DNA of 55,794 nt from a virus (taxonomy: Duplodnaviria > Caudoviricetes), in IMG/VR virus record IMGVR_UViG_3300034374_009302, positions 1 to 55,794 of that record, one strand, 5' to 3'. The notes below the pieces were generated by a model that was not told where the DNA came from, did no database searches, and worked only from the letters and a program-made list of their open reading frames with translations. The position numbers were made by a program, and so were the translations under genes. This document shows positions 36,280 through 45,665 of this stretch, in pieces (the first letter of the stretch is position 1; every line of letters begins with the position of its first letter).

Positions 36280-39200
36280 ACTCTTTCTCATAATAAAGGA
36301 CCTGAGAGCAAGACGGGCTAACTGACGGATTTCACTATTCAAGTTTTCTAAGGTTGGCTCGATTTCTTTTTTCTCCAAACTATCAAACGCCAATCCAACC
36401 ATAGTGTGTTTTGCTTTCTCAGCCAAATCATAAAGTTCTTCAAACTCTTCCTCGTTGTAGTTACCGTATTTTTCGTGTTGAATGAAACTTTTTAGATAAT
36501 CGGCACCTGAATAGATAAAGTTTGTAGATTCCAACATATTGATAACACCTGACATCCTTAGAGCTTCAAAGAAATCATAAATATTCTGATTAGGTTTACC
36601 CAAAACTGATTGGACACCTTCCCAATCTTTCCAATGGTAATTTGCACCTTCAGTCATCTCCTTCTCTTTGATGGTTGTAACCACCTCAGGGTACACAGAA
36701 CCAACGTTCTCTTCTTCTTTACCCTCGTAGTCCACCACCTTTAATAAGTGTCTAAAAGCGTTTAGAATACCCGCTCTCTTATCATTGGTGTCAACCACAG
36801 TCCATGGTTTGGCTTCCTTTGTTTGTTTTAATACCTTGTTTTTATACTCAGTATACTTATCCCACTTATCAATAGACTTCTCATCATTCGGTGAGAACTT
36901 CCAATACTTAAGTGGTGACGCCTTTCTAAGTTCAAATCTTTTTTTCTGAGTTTCAGGTGTAATACTTAACCAGAACTTTACTAACTCAATACCCTTATCC
37001 AATAGGGATTGTTCAAACTGATTTACATTCTCCATAAAATCCAAATATTCCTCCTGAGACGAATAACCCATTACTGGTTCAACAATACCTCTGTTGTACC
37101 AACTCCTATCGAAGAAGTTAATCTTTCCTGGCTGGATTTCTTTTTCATAACGACCAAACCAATCCTTTCTCTCCTCAGGGGTTGGAATACCCAATGCAAT
37201 AACATTAAAATACTTAGGGTCCAAGTATTCTGTCATTTTTTTGATGGTACTTCCCTTACCTGCTGAATCTCTACCTTCAAAAACTACTGCTATGGCTTTA
37301 CCTGTTTTCTTCACGTATTCTTGTAGTTTTAATAACTCAACCTGAAGTGGTAATATCTCTTTCTTAAATTGTTTTCTACCAATCTTAGACTTCTCAGGTT
37401 CTTCACCACCATATAAAAATTCATCTTCCACGTCGAAGTCATCGTTAGGGTCTTGTTCTGTTCTTTTTGATAAAGAATCCACGTAGTTTTCAATATAATC
37501 CTTAACATTTTTATCCTTATCACCCCCTTTAAATAATTTACGGTCTAAGTTCCTTAAAAATAAATCTGTAATGTCATCGTCACTCAATTCATCTAATAAA
37601 CTGTTAAGTAATTCAATATCTATATGACTATCAACTAATTTGTTAGTTAAATCCTCTTTTGTTTGTTCGGTTAAAGATTGAATGTAATTTTGAACTTCAG
37701 GTCTATCACCATATAAATCTAAAACTCTTTTAACAAATCTATCAGGGTTTTTTCTAATATATTGTACCAAGAATGGATTTAAGTTTGAACCTCTATCACC
37801 AAATAAGTTCATAATTTCCACATCTCTTGAATCATCACCCTCTTTACCCTTTTTACTTAACTTGGCCTTTGTTGTATAGAGTTGTTTTTGGTTTGTATTA
37901 GATAACTCTTTTAATTTTTCTAATATAGCTTTAGAATTTTCAACCTCAATACGTCCACTTTCAATTGCACGTATATCTCCAATAATTGCTTGATTAATAA
38001 AATCTAATTTATTTTCTTTATTGATTGGCTTCACTCCTTTTAATAATTCAACGAAATAATCAATTTCATCACCATCTTTTACTATTCGTCTGACTCTACC
38101 AATCACATCACCTGATTTGTTTTTGATTGATAATGCAACACTATTATGGCTTAAATCATAGATTGAACGACCTCTTTTTGTTGTGTCAGTGCGTCTTCTG
38201 TCTGTTCTGGTGTATTGAGGGAATTGAACCAATAATTTACTTGACGGTACCCCTCCCAAATTTTTAACATAAAGTCTTCCTTGAGAATTTACCGAAAAAT
38301 TTTCAGTGCTTGACATTATGTGATTAATAATATCACTTTTTTTGTATTGATATATAATGATTTCATTCAGGTTTCCTTCAGTTGCAAATAAGAACCAATC
38401 AATGGTATCAAATGAATCATCAGAAGTGTAAATTTTTTCTACTATATCTTTCACCCCTTTCTTATCAAAGTGAAGGTATAGTCTATTCAAAATTTGACTA
38501 ATTGCCGGTGAAGTAAACTTCAAATCATTACCACTGGGTCTCACACTCGGTAAATCACGGATTAAAGACTTTATCAATGAGGTGCCTTCACCTTTAACAT
38601 GTTTCTGAACCGCTTTTGTGATACCACCAATCGATTGTGAGCCTTCAGGACTAAATGATTTATTAAACTTGACTGATATATTCTGACCCTCAGAAGGACC
38701 GGTTATAATCTTCACATCAGTTTTATCAGCATTACCCTGATTCTCATTACCCTCAACATTACCCCCAAAAATACCAGCAATCAAACCTTCAAAGGTTTTA
38801 CCTCTGGTTCCTGCAGAATCATAGTTGATAATAACATCATCATACCATTGAATAAAACGTTGTTGAGTTTCAGGTTTGGTCTTTTTAAGTTTTTCAGTTT
38901 TATCAACACCAGGTAATTTATAAACTCCTGACTCACCCAAAGGTTGTGGCCATGTTTCAATGATACCTTCTTCATAGTAAGTTGATAATGCCTGTTTCAT
39001 TGCTGCAGATGTACCCTGAGCAGTTGCGTTGAATGGGGAACTTCTACCGATAGACTTCCCATATTGTTTTTCCAACTCATTATCTTCCTGCTCTTTGAGG
39101 CTCATACTCTTCTTTTTGTAGTCTGAATACAACATCCACAAATCTTCAGTAGATACCAAGCTAAGACCGCGACCATTTTCCCAATCCACACTTATAATGA

Positions 39201-39330
39201 GTCCGTCTTCTTCAAAAGGGTCTTTTGTAATTTTTTCAACTACACCTCTCAGACCTGGAGACATACCAGACTCACCTGCCATACTCACTAAAACTATTTG
39301 GTCACCTTCTTTTACCTCTGGATTAAGCAT
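36274..39330 (-). CDS. ppk2: Multidomain protein: DUF4314-like + PD-(D/E)XK-like + polyphosphate kinase 2 + DUF5049-like
   Basis: PPK2 motifs LQVELLKLQ, FEGRDSAGKG, FDRSWYNR..VE.VMG, KFWLSI, WKFSP.D, PWTVV..NDK (about 36720-37380). The other domains are recalled patterns and are less certain. Confidence 0.88.
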   Translation of the reverse strand: MLNPEVKEGDQIVLVSMAGESGMSPGLRGVVEKITKDPFEEDGLIISVDWENGRGLSLVSTEDLWMLYSDYKKKSMSLKEQEDNELEKQYGKSIGRSSPFNATAQGTSAAMKQALSTYYEEGIIETWPQPLGESGVYKLPGVDKTEKLKKTKPETQQRFIQWYDDVIINYDSAGTRGKTFEGLIAGIFGGNVEGNENQGNADKTDVKIITGPSEGQNISVKFNKSFSPEGSQSIGGITKAVQKHVKGEGTSLIKSLIRDLPSVRPSGNDLKFTSPAISQILNRLYLHFDKKGVKDIVEKIYTSDDSFDTIDWFLFATEGNLNEIIIYQYKKSDIINHIMSSTENFSVNSQGRLYVKNLGGVPSSKLLVQFPQYTRTDRRRTDTTKRGRSIYDLSHNSVALSIKNKSGDVIGRVRRIVKDGDEIDYFVELLKGVKPINKENKLDFINQAIIGDIRAIESGRIEVENSKAILEKLKELSNTNQKQLYTTKAKLSKKGKEGDDSRDVEIMNLFGDRGSNLNPFLVQYIRKNPDRFVKRVLDLYGDRPEVQNYIQSLTEQTKEDLTNKLVDSHIDIELLNSLLDELSDDDITDLFLRNLDRKLFKGGDKDKNVKDYIENYVDSLSKRTEQDPNDDFDVEDEFLYGGEEPEKSKIGRKQFKKEILPLQVELLKLQEYVKKTGKAIAVVFEGRDSAGKGSTIKKMTEYLDPKYFNVIALGIPTPEERKDWFGRYEKEIQPGKINFFDRSWYNRGIVEPVMGYSSQEEYLDFMENVNQFEQSLLDKGIELVKFWLSITPETQKKRFELRKASPLKYWKFSPNDEKSIDKWDKYTEYKNKVLKQTKEAKPWTVVDTNDKRAGILNAFRHLLKVVDYEGKEEENVGSVYPEVVTTIKEKEMTEGANYHWKDWEGVQSVLGKPNQNIYDFFEALRMSGVINMLESTNFIYSGADYLKSFIQHEKYGNYNEEEFEELYDLAEKAKHTMVGLAFDSLEKKEIEPTLENLNSEIRQLARLALRSFIMRKSL

Positions 39331-39347
39331 ATAATGATGTTTTTAGT

Positions 39348-39373
39348 ATAAATACCACCAAGAATATATTTAT
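39348..39373. promoter_or_regulatory. Back-to-back TATTTAT motifs for divergent genes
   Basis: Minus-strand copy at 39348-39354 (ppk2 fusion) and plus-strand copy at 39367-39373, each 17 nt before its ATG. Confidence 0.65.
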
Positions 39374-39390
39374 ACATAAAGTAGTATAAA

Positions 39391-40071
39391 ATGCAATACG
39401 TAATAACTGAAGAGCAATACAGAAGAGTCCTAACAGAGAACTTCTTCAAAAGAACGGAAACTCGTTTGAAAAATGGTTACAATGAACTTAAAAATGTAAT
39501 CAATTCTGTCGCTCAACAAATGAAAATGTCGTTCAGGTTCTTACTTACCTATGGTGCTGGTATCAACGGTATTTTTGAGATGGTTAAAAACAGCATGGGT
39601 AAGTTATCGATGGATATCGGTGATGCAAATATGAACTACTTAATCCTATCAGCTATCAGTTTGGTATTCTTTGGTTATAGTGACTACAGAAAAATCTATA
39701 AAAGAGTTAAGAGTGAGGGATTAGAAGACCCATTCAAAGTGGCGCTTCAGGAAACTTTAAGTATTAAAGAAAGATTACAGGTAATCTTAAATGATATTTT
39801 AAAGGACCCAATCTACACCGCAATCGATATCTTAGCCTACACACACTTATTATTTGTCTTACCTCTTGCGGAATTAGAATTCTTTAACAATCCTGAACAG
39901 CTTGAAATCGCCGCTGAAGCGTTAATGAAATCTTCATTCATCACAGCGTCAGGGGTTGTCGTTAAAAAGTTTATCGAAAGTTTAAAAGAAAAACTTTCCT
40001 CCAAAAAGAGCGAGAGTGGTGTTGATGAACCTCAGGATGGACTCCAAGAACCTCAGTCAGATATCGCATAA
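39391..40071 (+). CDS. Membrane-associated late-type protein
   Basis: Leader MQYVITEEQYRRVLTE; several hydrophobic segments. Confidence 0.7.
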   Translation: MQYVITEEQYRRVLTENFFKRTETRLKNGYNELKNVINSVAQQMKMSFRFLLTYGAGINGIFEMVKNSMGKLSMDIGDANMNYLILSAISLVFFGYSDYRKIYKRVKSEGLEDPFKVALQETLSIKERLQVILNDILKDPIYTAIDILAYTHLLFVLPLAELEFFNNPEQLEIAAEALMKSSFITASGVVVKKFIESLKEKLSSKKSESGVDEPQDGLQEPQSDIA

Positions 40072-40273
40072 TTGATGAGTGAGCTTCCTCCAACGTATTA
40101 TTCTGTTGGTATTTGTGTGGAATCTTATCGGTATTGTATTTCTTTTTCCAAATAAAGGAACGGTCTCGTTTTTTGATTAAAAACAATCTGTTACCATTTT
40201 CATCATGTTTCTCCTCAATAATAAATTGTTTGAGTAGATACTGAGGAAATTGGTCAAATGTCGGCATAATCAT
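39971..40273 (-). CDS. Hypothetical protein
   Basis: ATGA-coupled to the 40270-40596 gene; its 3' 101 nt overlap the convergent gene. Confidence 0.5.
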   Translation of the reverse strand: MIMPTFDQFPQYLLKQFIIEEKHDENGNRLFLIKKRDRSFIWKKKYNTDKIPHKYQQNNTLEEAHSSIMRYLTEVLGVHPEVHQHHSRSFWRKVFLLNFR

Positions 40274-40596
40274 ACGAAATTAAAATCTTTATTTACTTCG
40301 AAGTAGTGAACTCCCATTGAATAATAAATAAGTTTGGCATTTCCTTTTTCCACCTGATTTCCCATTTGTTTGTATTTTTCAGCCTCACCATTTTTAATTC
40401 CAACCATCTTTCTACCTGGTACGGTTATACTTTCAGTGTGACTATTGACTAAAATGGGTTGAGGTTTTGAAAAGTCCCAAATCTTATTTATGAGTTGAGT
40501 TTTTGTTCCTGAGACACCGAGTCCCATACCTTTACTGATAATCTTCAACTCTTGAAGGGATAGTTTTTTTAATTGGTCTTTTGATGTTACTTCCAT
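40270..40596 (-). CDS. SAP/Rho-N-like helix-extension-helix domain protein
   Basis: LKKLSLQELKIISKGMGLGVSGTKTQLINKI. Confidence 0.65.
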   Translation of the reverse strand: MEVTSKDQLKKLSLQELKIISKGMGLGVSGTKTQLINKIWDFSKPQPILVNSHTESITVPGRKMVGIKNGEAEKYKQMGNQVEKGNAKLIYYSMGVHYFEVNKDFNFV

Positions 40597-40928
40597 AAAA
40601 TCTGAATTAAAACAATTACAAATGATAATATCAAAGAAACAAGGTTTTTGGTGGTTAATTCTTCACCCAAAACAAAATAGGTGAGTGACATCATTGCGAA
40701 GATACCGATGGAGTATTGGATAAGTCTAGCACTCCATGCTGACCCCATCATATCGTATGCAAAACGAGCACCATAAATAAATAAAAAGGACAATGGAACG
40801 CCGATTACAATGGCATTGAACCATGGGTGTTCTCTAAACCACGGCCACTTCACCTGTGCAAATTGTTGGAACCACGCACCCGTTTGGGCTAGTGTAAGAA
40901 ATAATATGGCTAATAACGCTTGTTTCAT
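40587..40928 (-). CDS. Small 4-TM membrane protein (DMT/SMR-like)
   Basis: Four hydrophobic segments, ending LGEELTTKNLVSLILSFVIVLIQ; TATATTTG at 40934-40941 (minus) favours ATG 40928. Confidence 0.65.
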   Translation of the reverse strand: MKQALLAILFLTLAQTGAWFQQFAQVKWPWFREHPWFNAIVIGVPLSFLFIYGARFAYDMMGSAWSARLIQYSIGIFAMMSLTYFVLGEELTTKNLVSLILSFVIVLIQILWK

Positions 40929-40966
40929 CGTTACAAATATACGCAAATAAAAAGAAACATCAAAAG

Positions 40967-41131
40967 TTATTCTGACGTTTCTCCGTATGTCAACTCGTGT
41001 AGGTCCTCCAAAAACTCGTTATCGTAGTCCCAGTCGTAATACGCAGATGCGTCAAAAGGTGCCTCATCCAAAGAGTGTTTGTTAGGTCTTACAAGAGTCG
41101 TTATTTTAAAATAATCAACTCTGTTTTTCAT
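40967..41131 (-). CDS. Small acidic hypothetical protein (54 aa)
   Basis: Read by hand: MKNRVDYFKITTLVRPNKHSLDEAPFDASAYYDWDYDNEFLEDLHELTYGETSE*; TATTTAT at 41161-41167. Confidence 0.6.
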   Translation of the reverse strand: MKNRVDYFKITTLVRPNKHSLDEAPFDASAYYDWDYDNEFLEDLHELTYGETSE

Positions 41132-41209
41132 AAAAATTAGGGGATTTTGGTCCGTTACTAATAAATACTTTTTATGGACCTAATAAGACAGTAAAAAATC
41201 AAAAAGTTT

Positions 41210-41653
41210 TTAACTTTCTAACTCGATGTCCCAAGCACTATATTCGTAACCAAATTTGACCGTTGTATTGTTGGCTTCACCACCTAACATCCAGTCAAAA
41301 CTACTAGATAAAAACAATCCAATAATGTCATCACTATCGTCTAATGAAATCTCTCTTTTTCTGAACTCACCATCATTAAAAAGTTCTAAATCCTTAAAGA
41401 ATCTAAATTGTATTCCTTGGAATTTATCTAACTCATGATTAAAAGAACCAATATCTGGGTCAGGTGTGTTAAATGTAAATTCTCCCTCAAAATAGAGCTC
41501 ACAAGTATGATTTTTTCCGTCGGATGGTTTCCACCAATTAAAATTTAAATTACTAATCTTAGGTTGAGTGTTTCTACCGTTTTTAGATTGGAAGACAAAC
41601 ATCTGAACCTGTATGGACCTTTTTACTCTTTCTTCAAATGTCTTCTTATCCAT
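41210..41653 (-). CDS. Hypothetical protein
   Basis: 147 aa, overlapping the upstream gene's stop by 8 nt. Confidence 0.7.
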   Translation of the reverse strand: MDKKTFEERVKRSIQVQMFVFQSKNGRNTQPKISNLNFNWWKPSDGKNHTCELYFEGEFTFNTPDPDIGSFNHELDKFQGIQFRFFKDLELFNDGEFRKREISLDDSDDIIGLFLSSSFDWMLGGEANNTTVKFGYEYSAWDIELES

Positions 41654-42449
41654 ATATCTTTTTGTATTCTTTGGTTAAGAAGTCGACCAACTCTTCAATG
41701 TCGTCATTTGAAAGTCCGTGAACCTCTGAATTTCTATAGAACCAATCACGGATTACCTCTTCAGGTTTTTGTCTTCTTAATTTGACAATTCTTCTAAATC
41801 CAGCAATCTCTGCCGGAACTTCGTGGGCTTGTTTGTAGTATTCCGTATCTTTTGAAGTATCGTATCCTTTTCTTTCGGGATTAAATACAAGTTCGTAATT
41901 CTGTAACATATGTTCCAGTTCGTGACGAACAGCATCATTTAAATCTGCAACTAAATCGTAATACGCCTCAGGAAACTTATTAGGGTTTTTTATAATCGCC
42001 ATTTCAATTACGTCATCATCATGAGAAATATCTGTGTCTATTAAGTAGTCGGGTTTAATAGATAAGTCTTCATTTACATTAATTTCAACAGTAAATTCAG
42101 GTAGGTCGGAAAAGATATAAACCATGTTATCTCCCACCAATTCTTCGGGTAAGTGGTAATAACCAGGACCTTTTTTAATTACATTTAAGATGTCTCTGAC
42201 CACGGTTCTAGTTACCTCATCCATATTTCTTCCTTCGGTAAGTAGACCTTCTTTTTCTATCGACTCGTAAATTTTATTTTTCATCAAATCAATAATCTCC
42301 TGAGGGTTTTGGTCCTCATAAAAAGCAGTCTTAATTCTGAAGTAAAACTTTCTAAGAAGGTGTGATGCCATTTTTGGTTTCGCCCCCAACTTAATAAGTT
42401 CTTCTCTTATACCATTAATATAATCATCGAATTCTGGTCCCATATTCAT
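41646..42449 (-). CDS. HExxH zincin-like protein
   Basis: VRHELEHMLQ and a distal YY...HEVPA; TATTTAT at 42464-42470. Confidence 0.6.
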   Translation of the reverse strand: MNMGPEFDDYINGIREELIKLGAKPKMASHLLRKFYFRIKTAFYEDQNPQEIIDLMKNKIYESIEKEGLLTEGRNMDEVTRTVVRDILNVIKKGPGYYHLPEELVGDNMVYIFSDLPEFTVEINVNEDLSIKPDYLIDTDISHDDDVIEMAIIKNPNKFPEAYYDLVADLNDAVRHELEHMLQNYELVFNPERKGYDTSKDTEYYKQAHEVPAEIAGFRRIVKLRRQKPEEVIRDWFYRNSEVHGLSNDDIEELVDFLTKEYKKIYG

Positions 42450-42470
42450 AAATACTGTGTATTATAAATA

Positions 42471-42923
42471 TCACAAAGCATTTAATCGGGTCGGTATGGA
42501 TAGTCCAAAACCAATTTCAGGAGTTTTTGAGATATTCAACATAAGTGATACGTCCACCATTCTGTTTTGTTGTGTCAACATCTTAAGGGGATGAACACGA
42601 ATTAAAAAGTCAGGATAAACCTCATATTCGTCAAAGGGTAAGAAATCTACAGAAACACCAGCACCCACATTAACACCATTATTAAAGAGGGCTAAGTTTA
42701 TCCCTAATGTTCGTGGAAAGTAGTTTTGGTATTGTGTTGAGTTATCTAACCTTCCATAGTCATATATTGTATACATTCCGAAGGGTGAGTATTCGGTGGT
42801 AAGGTTGATATTGTCAGTGCAAAGGACCACATCCTGAGTTGCAGGAATAAATCCGATGGTTGATGATTGTGAGTATCCTTTAATACCCAACAATAAAAGT
42901 AATGTTACTATTGTCCGTCTCAT
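42471..42923 (-). CDS. Secreted/outer-membrane beta-rich hypothetical protein
   Basis: Signal peptide MRRTIVTLLLLLGIKGYSQ; TATCTTTG at 42943-42950 (minus). Confidence 0.65.
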   Translation of the reverse strand: MRRTIVTLLLLLGIKGYSQSSTIGFIPATQDVVLCTDNINLTTEYSPFGMYTIYDYGRLDNSTQYQNYFPRTLGINLALFNNGVNVGAGVSVDFLPFDEYEVYPDFLIRVHPLKMLTQQNRMVDVSLMLNISKTPEIGFGLSIPTRLNAL

Positions 42924-43061
42924 AAAATTTGTCTATTATCTACAAAGATACAAAAAAAATTTAAATGGGACTACTAAAAGAATATTTTTTGAATAATTTA
43001 CCTAACAACGATGATACGTTGGAAGAAATGTATTATCTTTGTCTCAAAGAAAAAGAATACG

Positions 43062-43493
43062 ATGAGCAATTTGAAGGACATATTCAAGAAGGAACTACAA
43101 CTCAAAGGTGATAAAGCGTTGTTGGATGCTCGCTATATGGGTATCGGACACGATGATATCTTTACAGCATACGATGAGTTGGGTATGGACCTACCAATCA
43201 AGATTATAAAAAATACTTGGTCACAGGGTTTTACGGACCACGGTTGGGGTAATGGATATGTTCGCATTGCTGAGGGTCATAAATACTACGGTAAGACTTA
43301 TGATGATATTCCTGTCAATGTTCACGGAGGATTAACTTTTGGTGACCACGTTATGGATAGTAACAAATGGTCTGACGGATACTGGGTAGGATTTGATACC
43401 GCACATTACGGAGATAACTCAGATACTTGGACCATAGATGCGGTATCGGATGAGACCATACATTTATTTAATGAAATCTACGGGTTATCCTAA
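43062..43493 (+). CDS. Phage hypothetical protein
   Basis: GWGNGYV....H..YG, VHGGLTF, W.GFDTAH pattern; TATCTTTG at 43034-43041 favours ATG 43062. Confidence 0.75.
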   Translation: MSNLKDIFKKELQLKGDKALLDARYMGIGHDDIFTAYDELGMDLPIKIIKNTWSQGFTDHGWGNGYVRIAEGHKYYGKTYDDIPVNVHGGLTFGDHVMDSNKWSDGYWVGFDTAHYGDNSDTWTIDAVSDETIHLFNEIYGLS

Positions 43494-43564
43494 TGTTAAG
43501 TTTATAACATTTCCCTTTGTTTAGCTATACCTATATGTAGTTATAGTCAAATTACTAATAACAG

Positions 43565-44569
43565 ATGAAAAAAATCATTTTAGGTATTCTCCTTACACTC
43601 TCGATTGTAAGTTGTAAAACAAATACCGAACCTCAACCTGAGGAAAAAGTCATATCGGGATTATTAACTGAAGATACTTATTGGTATTCTGACACCATCT
43701 ATGAAATGGCAGGAAGAGTTGTTGTTGATTCAGGTGTTGTTCTTAACATCGAACCAGGGACCATCATCAAAGCCCGAGACGGACAAGGTTCCCTATCAAC
43801 GGCACTCATCGTTGCTCGTGGTGGTATGATAAATGCTGAAGGTACACCACAAAATCCAATCGTATTTACATCCATCTACGACAACGGTGATAATTTAGAT
43901 GTTTCAGACCAAGGATTATGGGGTGGTATCGTTATCTTAGGAAACGCACCAATATCTGCAGATGCTACTGAAGCATTAATCGAAGGACTACCAGCAAATG
44001 AAACATTTGGATTATACGGAGGACAAAACCATCACGACAATTCAGGTGTTCTAAAATATGTTTCAATCAGACACGGTGGTACACTATTGGGTGACGGAAA
44101 CGAACTTAACGGTCTAACCTTAGGTGGTGTTGGTGACGGAACAACAATCTCAGATATTGAAGTTGTTGGGAACTTAGACGACGGTATCGAATGGTTCGGT
44201 GGAACTGTTGATTGTCAAAACTTAATCGTGTGGGGTCAAGGTGACGATGCATTCGATATTGACCAATCTTATGATGGTACCATTACTAACTTTATGGCAA
44301 TTTGTACTGCAGACTCAGACCACGCATTGGAAATTGATGGTGGTGAAGGAACAATGAATAACCCATTTAGAATGGAGTATGGAACTCTATACTCTCCTGA
44401 CACAGCTCAGGTACACTTAAGAGACGGAGCAAAAGGATATATCTCAATTGCAGGTATTTTTAATGTTGAGTCAGATGCGGGAACAGATGTTGTTGTAGAT
44501 TCTTTAGTTATCGGTGTCGATGAAATGATATTTGATTGGACTTATTCATATTCTAAAGGAGCTTACTAA
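43565..44569 (+). CDS. Bacteroidota-type beta-helix lipoprotein
   Basis: Lipobox IVSC; GLWGGIVILGNA, DNSGVLKYVSI..GG, NELNGLTLGGVG.GT, DDGIEWFGGTV, GDDAFD.D. Confidence 0.72.
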   Translation: MKKIILGILLTLSIVSCKTNTEPQPEEKVISGLLTEDTYWYSDTIYEMAGRVVVDSGVVLNIEPGTIIKARDGQGSLSTALIVARGGMINAEGTPQNPIVFTSIYDNGDNLDVSDQGLWGGIVILGNAPISADATEALIEGLPANETFGLYGGQNHHDNSGVLKYVSIRHGGTLLGDGNELNGLTLGGVGDGTTISDIEVVGNLDDGIEWFGGTVDCQNLIVWGQGDDAFDIDQSYDGTITNFMAICTADSDHALEIDGGEGTMNNPFRMEYGTLYSPDTAQVHLRDGAKGYISIAGIFNVESDAGTDVVVDSLVIGVDEMIFDWTYSYSKGAY

Positions 44570-44593
44570 TACTTATACAAACGTAATAAACTC

Positions 44594-44621
44594 AAAGGGG
44601 GCTTTACAGTCCCCTTTTTTT
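44594..44621 (+). terminator. Intrinsic terminator
   Basis: aaagggggct...agtccccttt plus a T run. Confidence 0.72.
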
Positions 44622-44650
44622 ATTTTACAATAAACGAAAACGAGAAAACT

Positions 44651-45259
44651 ATGAGATGGGACACATTTATGAAGAAATTATTGTTTGGGGTATTACTATC
44701 CTTTGGTTCGCATTCCTTATATGGCAACACAGAAAAAACGGACACCATAAAGACTAATATTTTTGAGATTGTCTACTCAGAAACATTAGAACAACCTTTA
44801 TGGATTAGATATAAGGTTTTGTGTCCTATGGGAACCGAAAAACGTTCAGGATTAGACTTCTATACCAACGATAGTATCCATACCTCAGACGTTGAAGATT
44901 ATAAGGATAATGTTTACGACAGAGGTCACTTGGCACCTGCGGCTGCGTTTAGTTGTAATAGAGACACACTTAAACAGACCTTCACTTATTTAAACTGTGC
45001 ACTTCAACACGAAGGGTTAAACAGAGGTCCATGGAAAGACTTAGAAGAGATTGAAAGAGGGTTACCTTTATTTGTTGGTGAAGTGTGGGTGGAAATCTAT
45101 GTAAGGTTCGATGAAACCCCTAAAAAGGTAGATGGTGGTGCATCTATCCCAAAAGGATTTGACAAATTCATTTATTTTAACGATACTGTGGTTAAGTTCT
45201 CATTTCCAAATGTGGATGTAGCAGGAGAACCATGGGAAAATTTCAGAGTAATAGAATAA
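44651..45259 (+). CDS. Secreted DNA/RNA non-specific endonuclease (Serratia NucA/EndoG family)
   Basis: YDRGHLAPA, TF...N...Q...LNRG.W..LE; signal peptide from MKKLLFG (likely start 44669). Confidence 0.88.
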   Translation: MRWDTFMKKLLFGVLLSFGSHSLYGNTEKTDTIKTNIFEIVYSETLEQPLWIRYKVLCPMGTEKRSGLDFYTNDSIHTSDVEDYKDNVYDRGHLAPAAAFSCNRDTLKQTFTYLNCALQHEGLNRGPWKDLEEIERGLPLFVGEVWVEIYVRFDETPKKVDGGASIPKGFDKFIYFNDTVVKFSFPNVDVAGEPWENFRVIE

Positions 45260-45660
45260 TGGAGTTATTAAACACACACCCGATTAAGAAATCAGATTTA
45301 GGTTTTCACGGAAACCTATTCGGAGGAAAATTATTAGCATGGTTGGATGCCAGTGCTGCGGCTTACGCCATGCAAGTTTGTGACACACCGAGAATGGTTA
45401 CAGTAAAAATTGATGAATGTGTTTTCAGTAAACCCGCAAAAGAAGGTCAACTTCTTAAGATTTATGCTGAAGTGGTTTCTTTTGGAAACACGTCCATTAC
45501 CATTTATATGGAAGCACGTTCTCACAATGTTTATTCAGGAAAACAGAACGTCATTTTGTCTACTAACATAAAATTTGTTAGAATTGATGAAGTGGGAGAC
45601 CCCGTCCCAATCTCAGAAAGGGTAAAACAAAAATATGAACATAAATTAAATTCAAAATAA
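45259..45660 (+). CDS. Acyl-CoA thioesterase (hotdog fold)
   Basis: D...HGNLFGGKLL.WLD, VTV.ID...F.KP, FGNTSI, FV.ID..G.P; TAATG-coupled start. Confidence 0.88.
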   Translation: MELLNTHPIKKSDLGFHGNLFGGKLLAWLDASAAAYAMQVCDTPRMVTVKIDECVFSKPAKEGQLLKIYAEVVSFGNTSITIYMEARSHNVYSGKQNVILSTNIKFVRIDEVGDPVPISERVKQKYEHKLNSK

Positions 45661-45665
45661 GTAAC

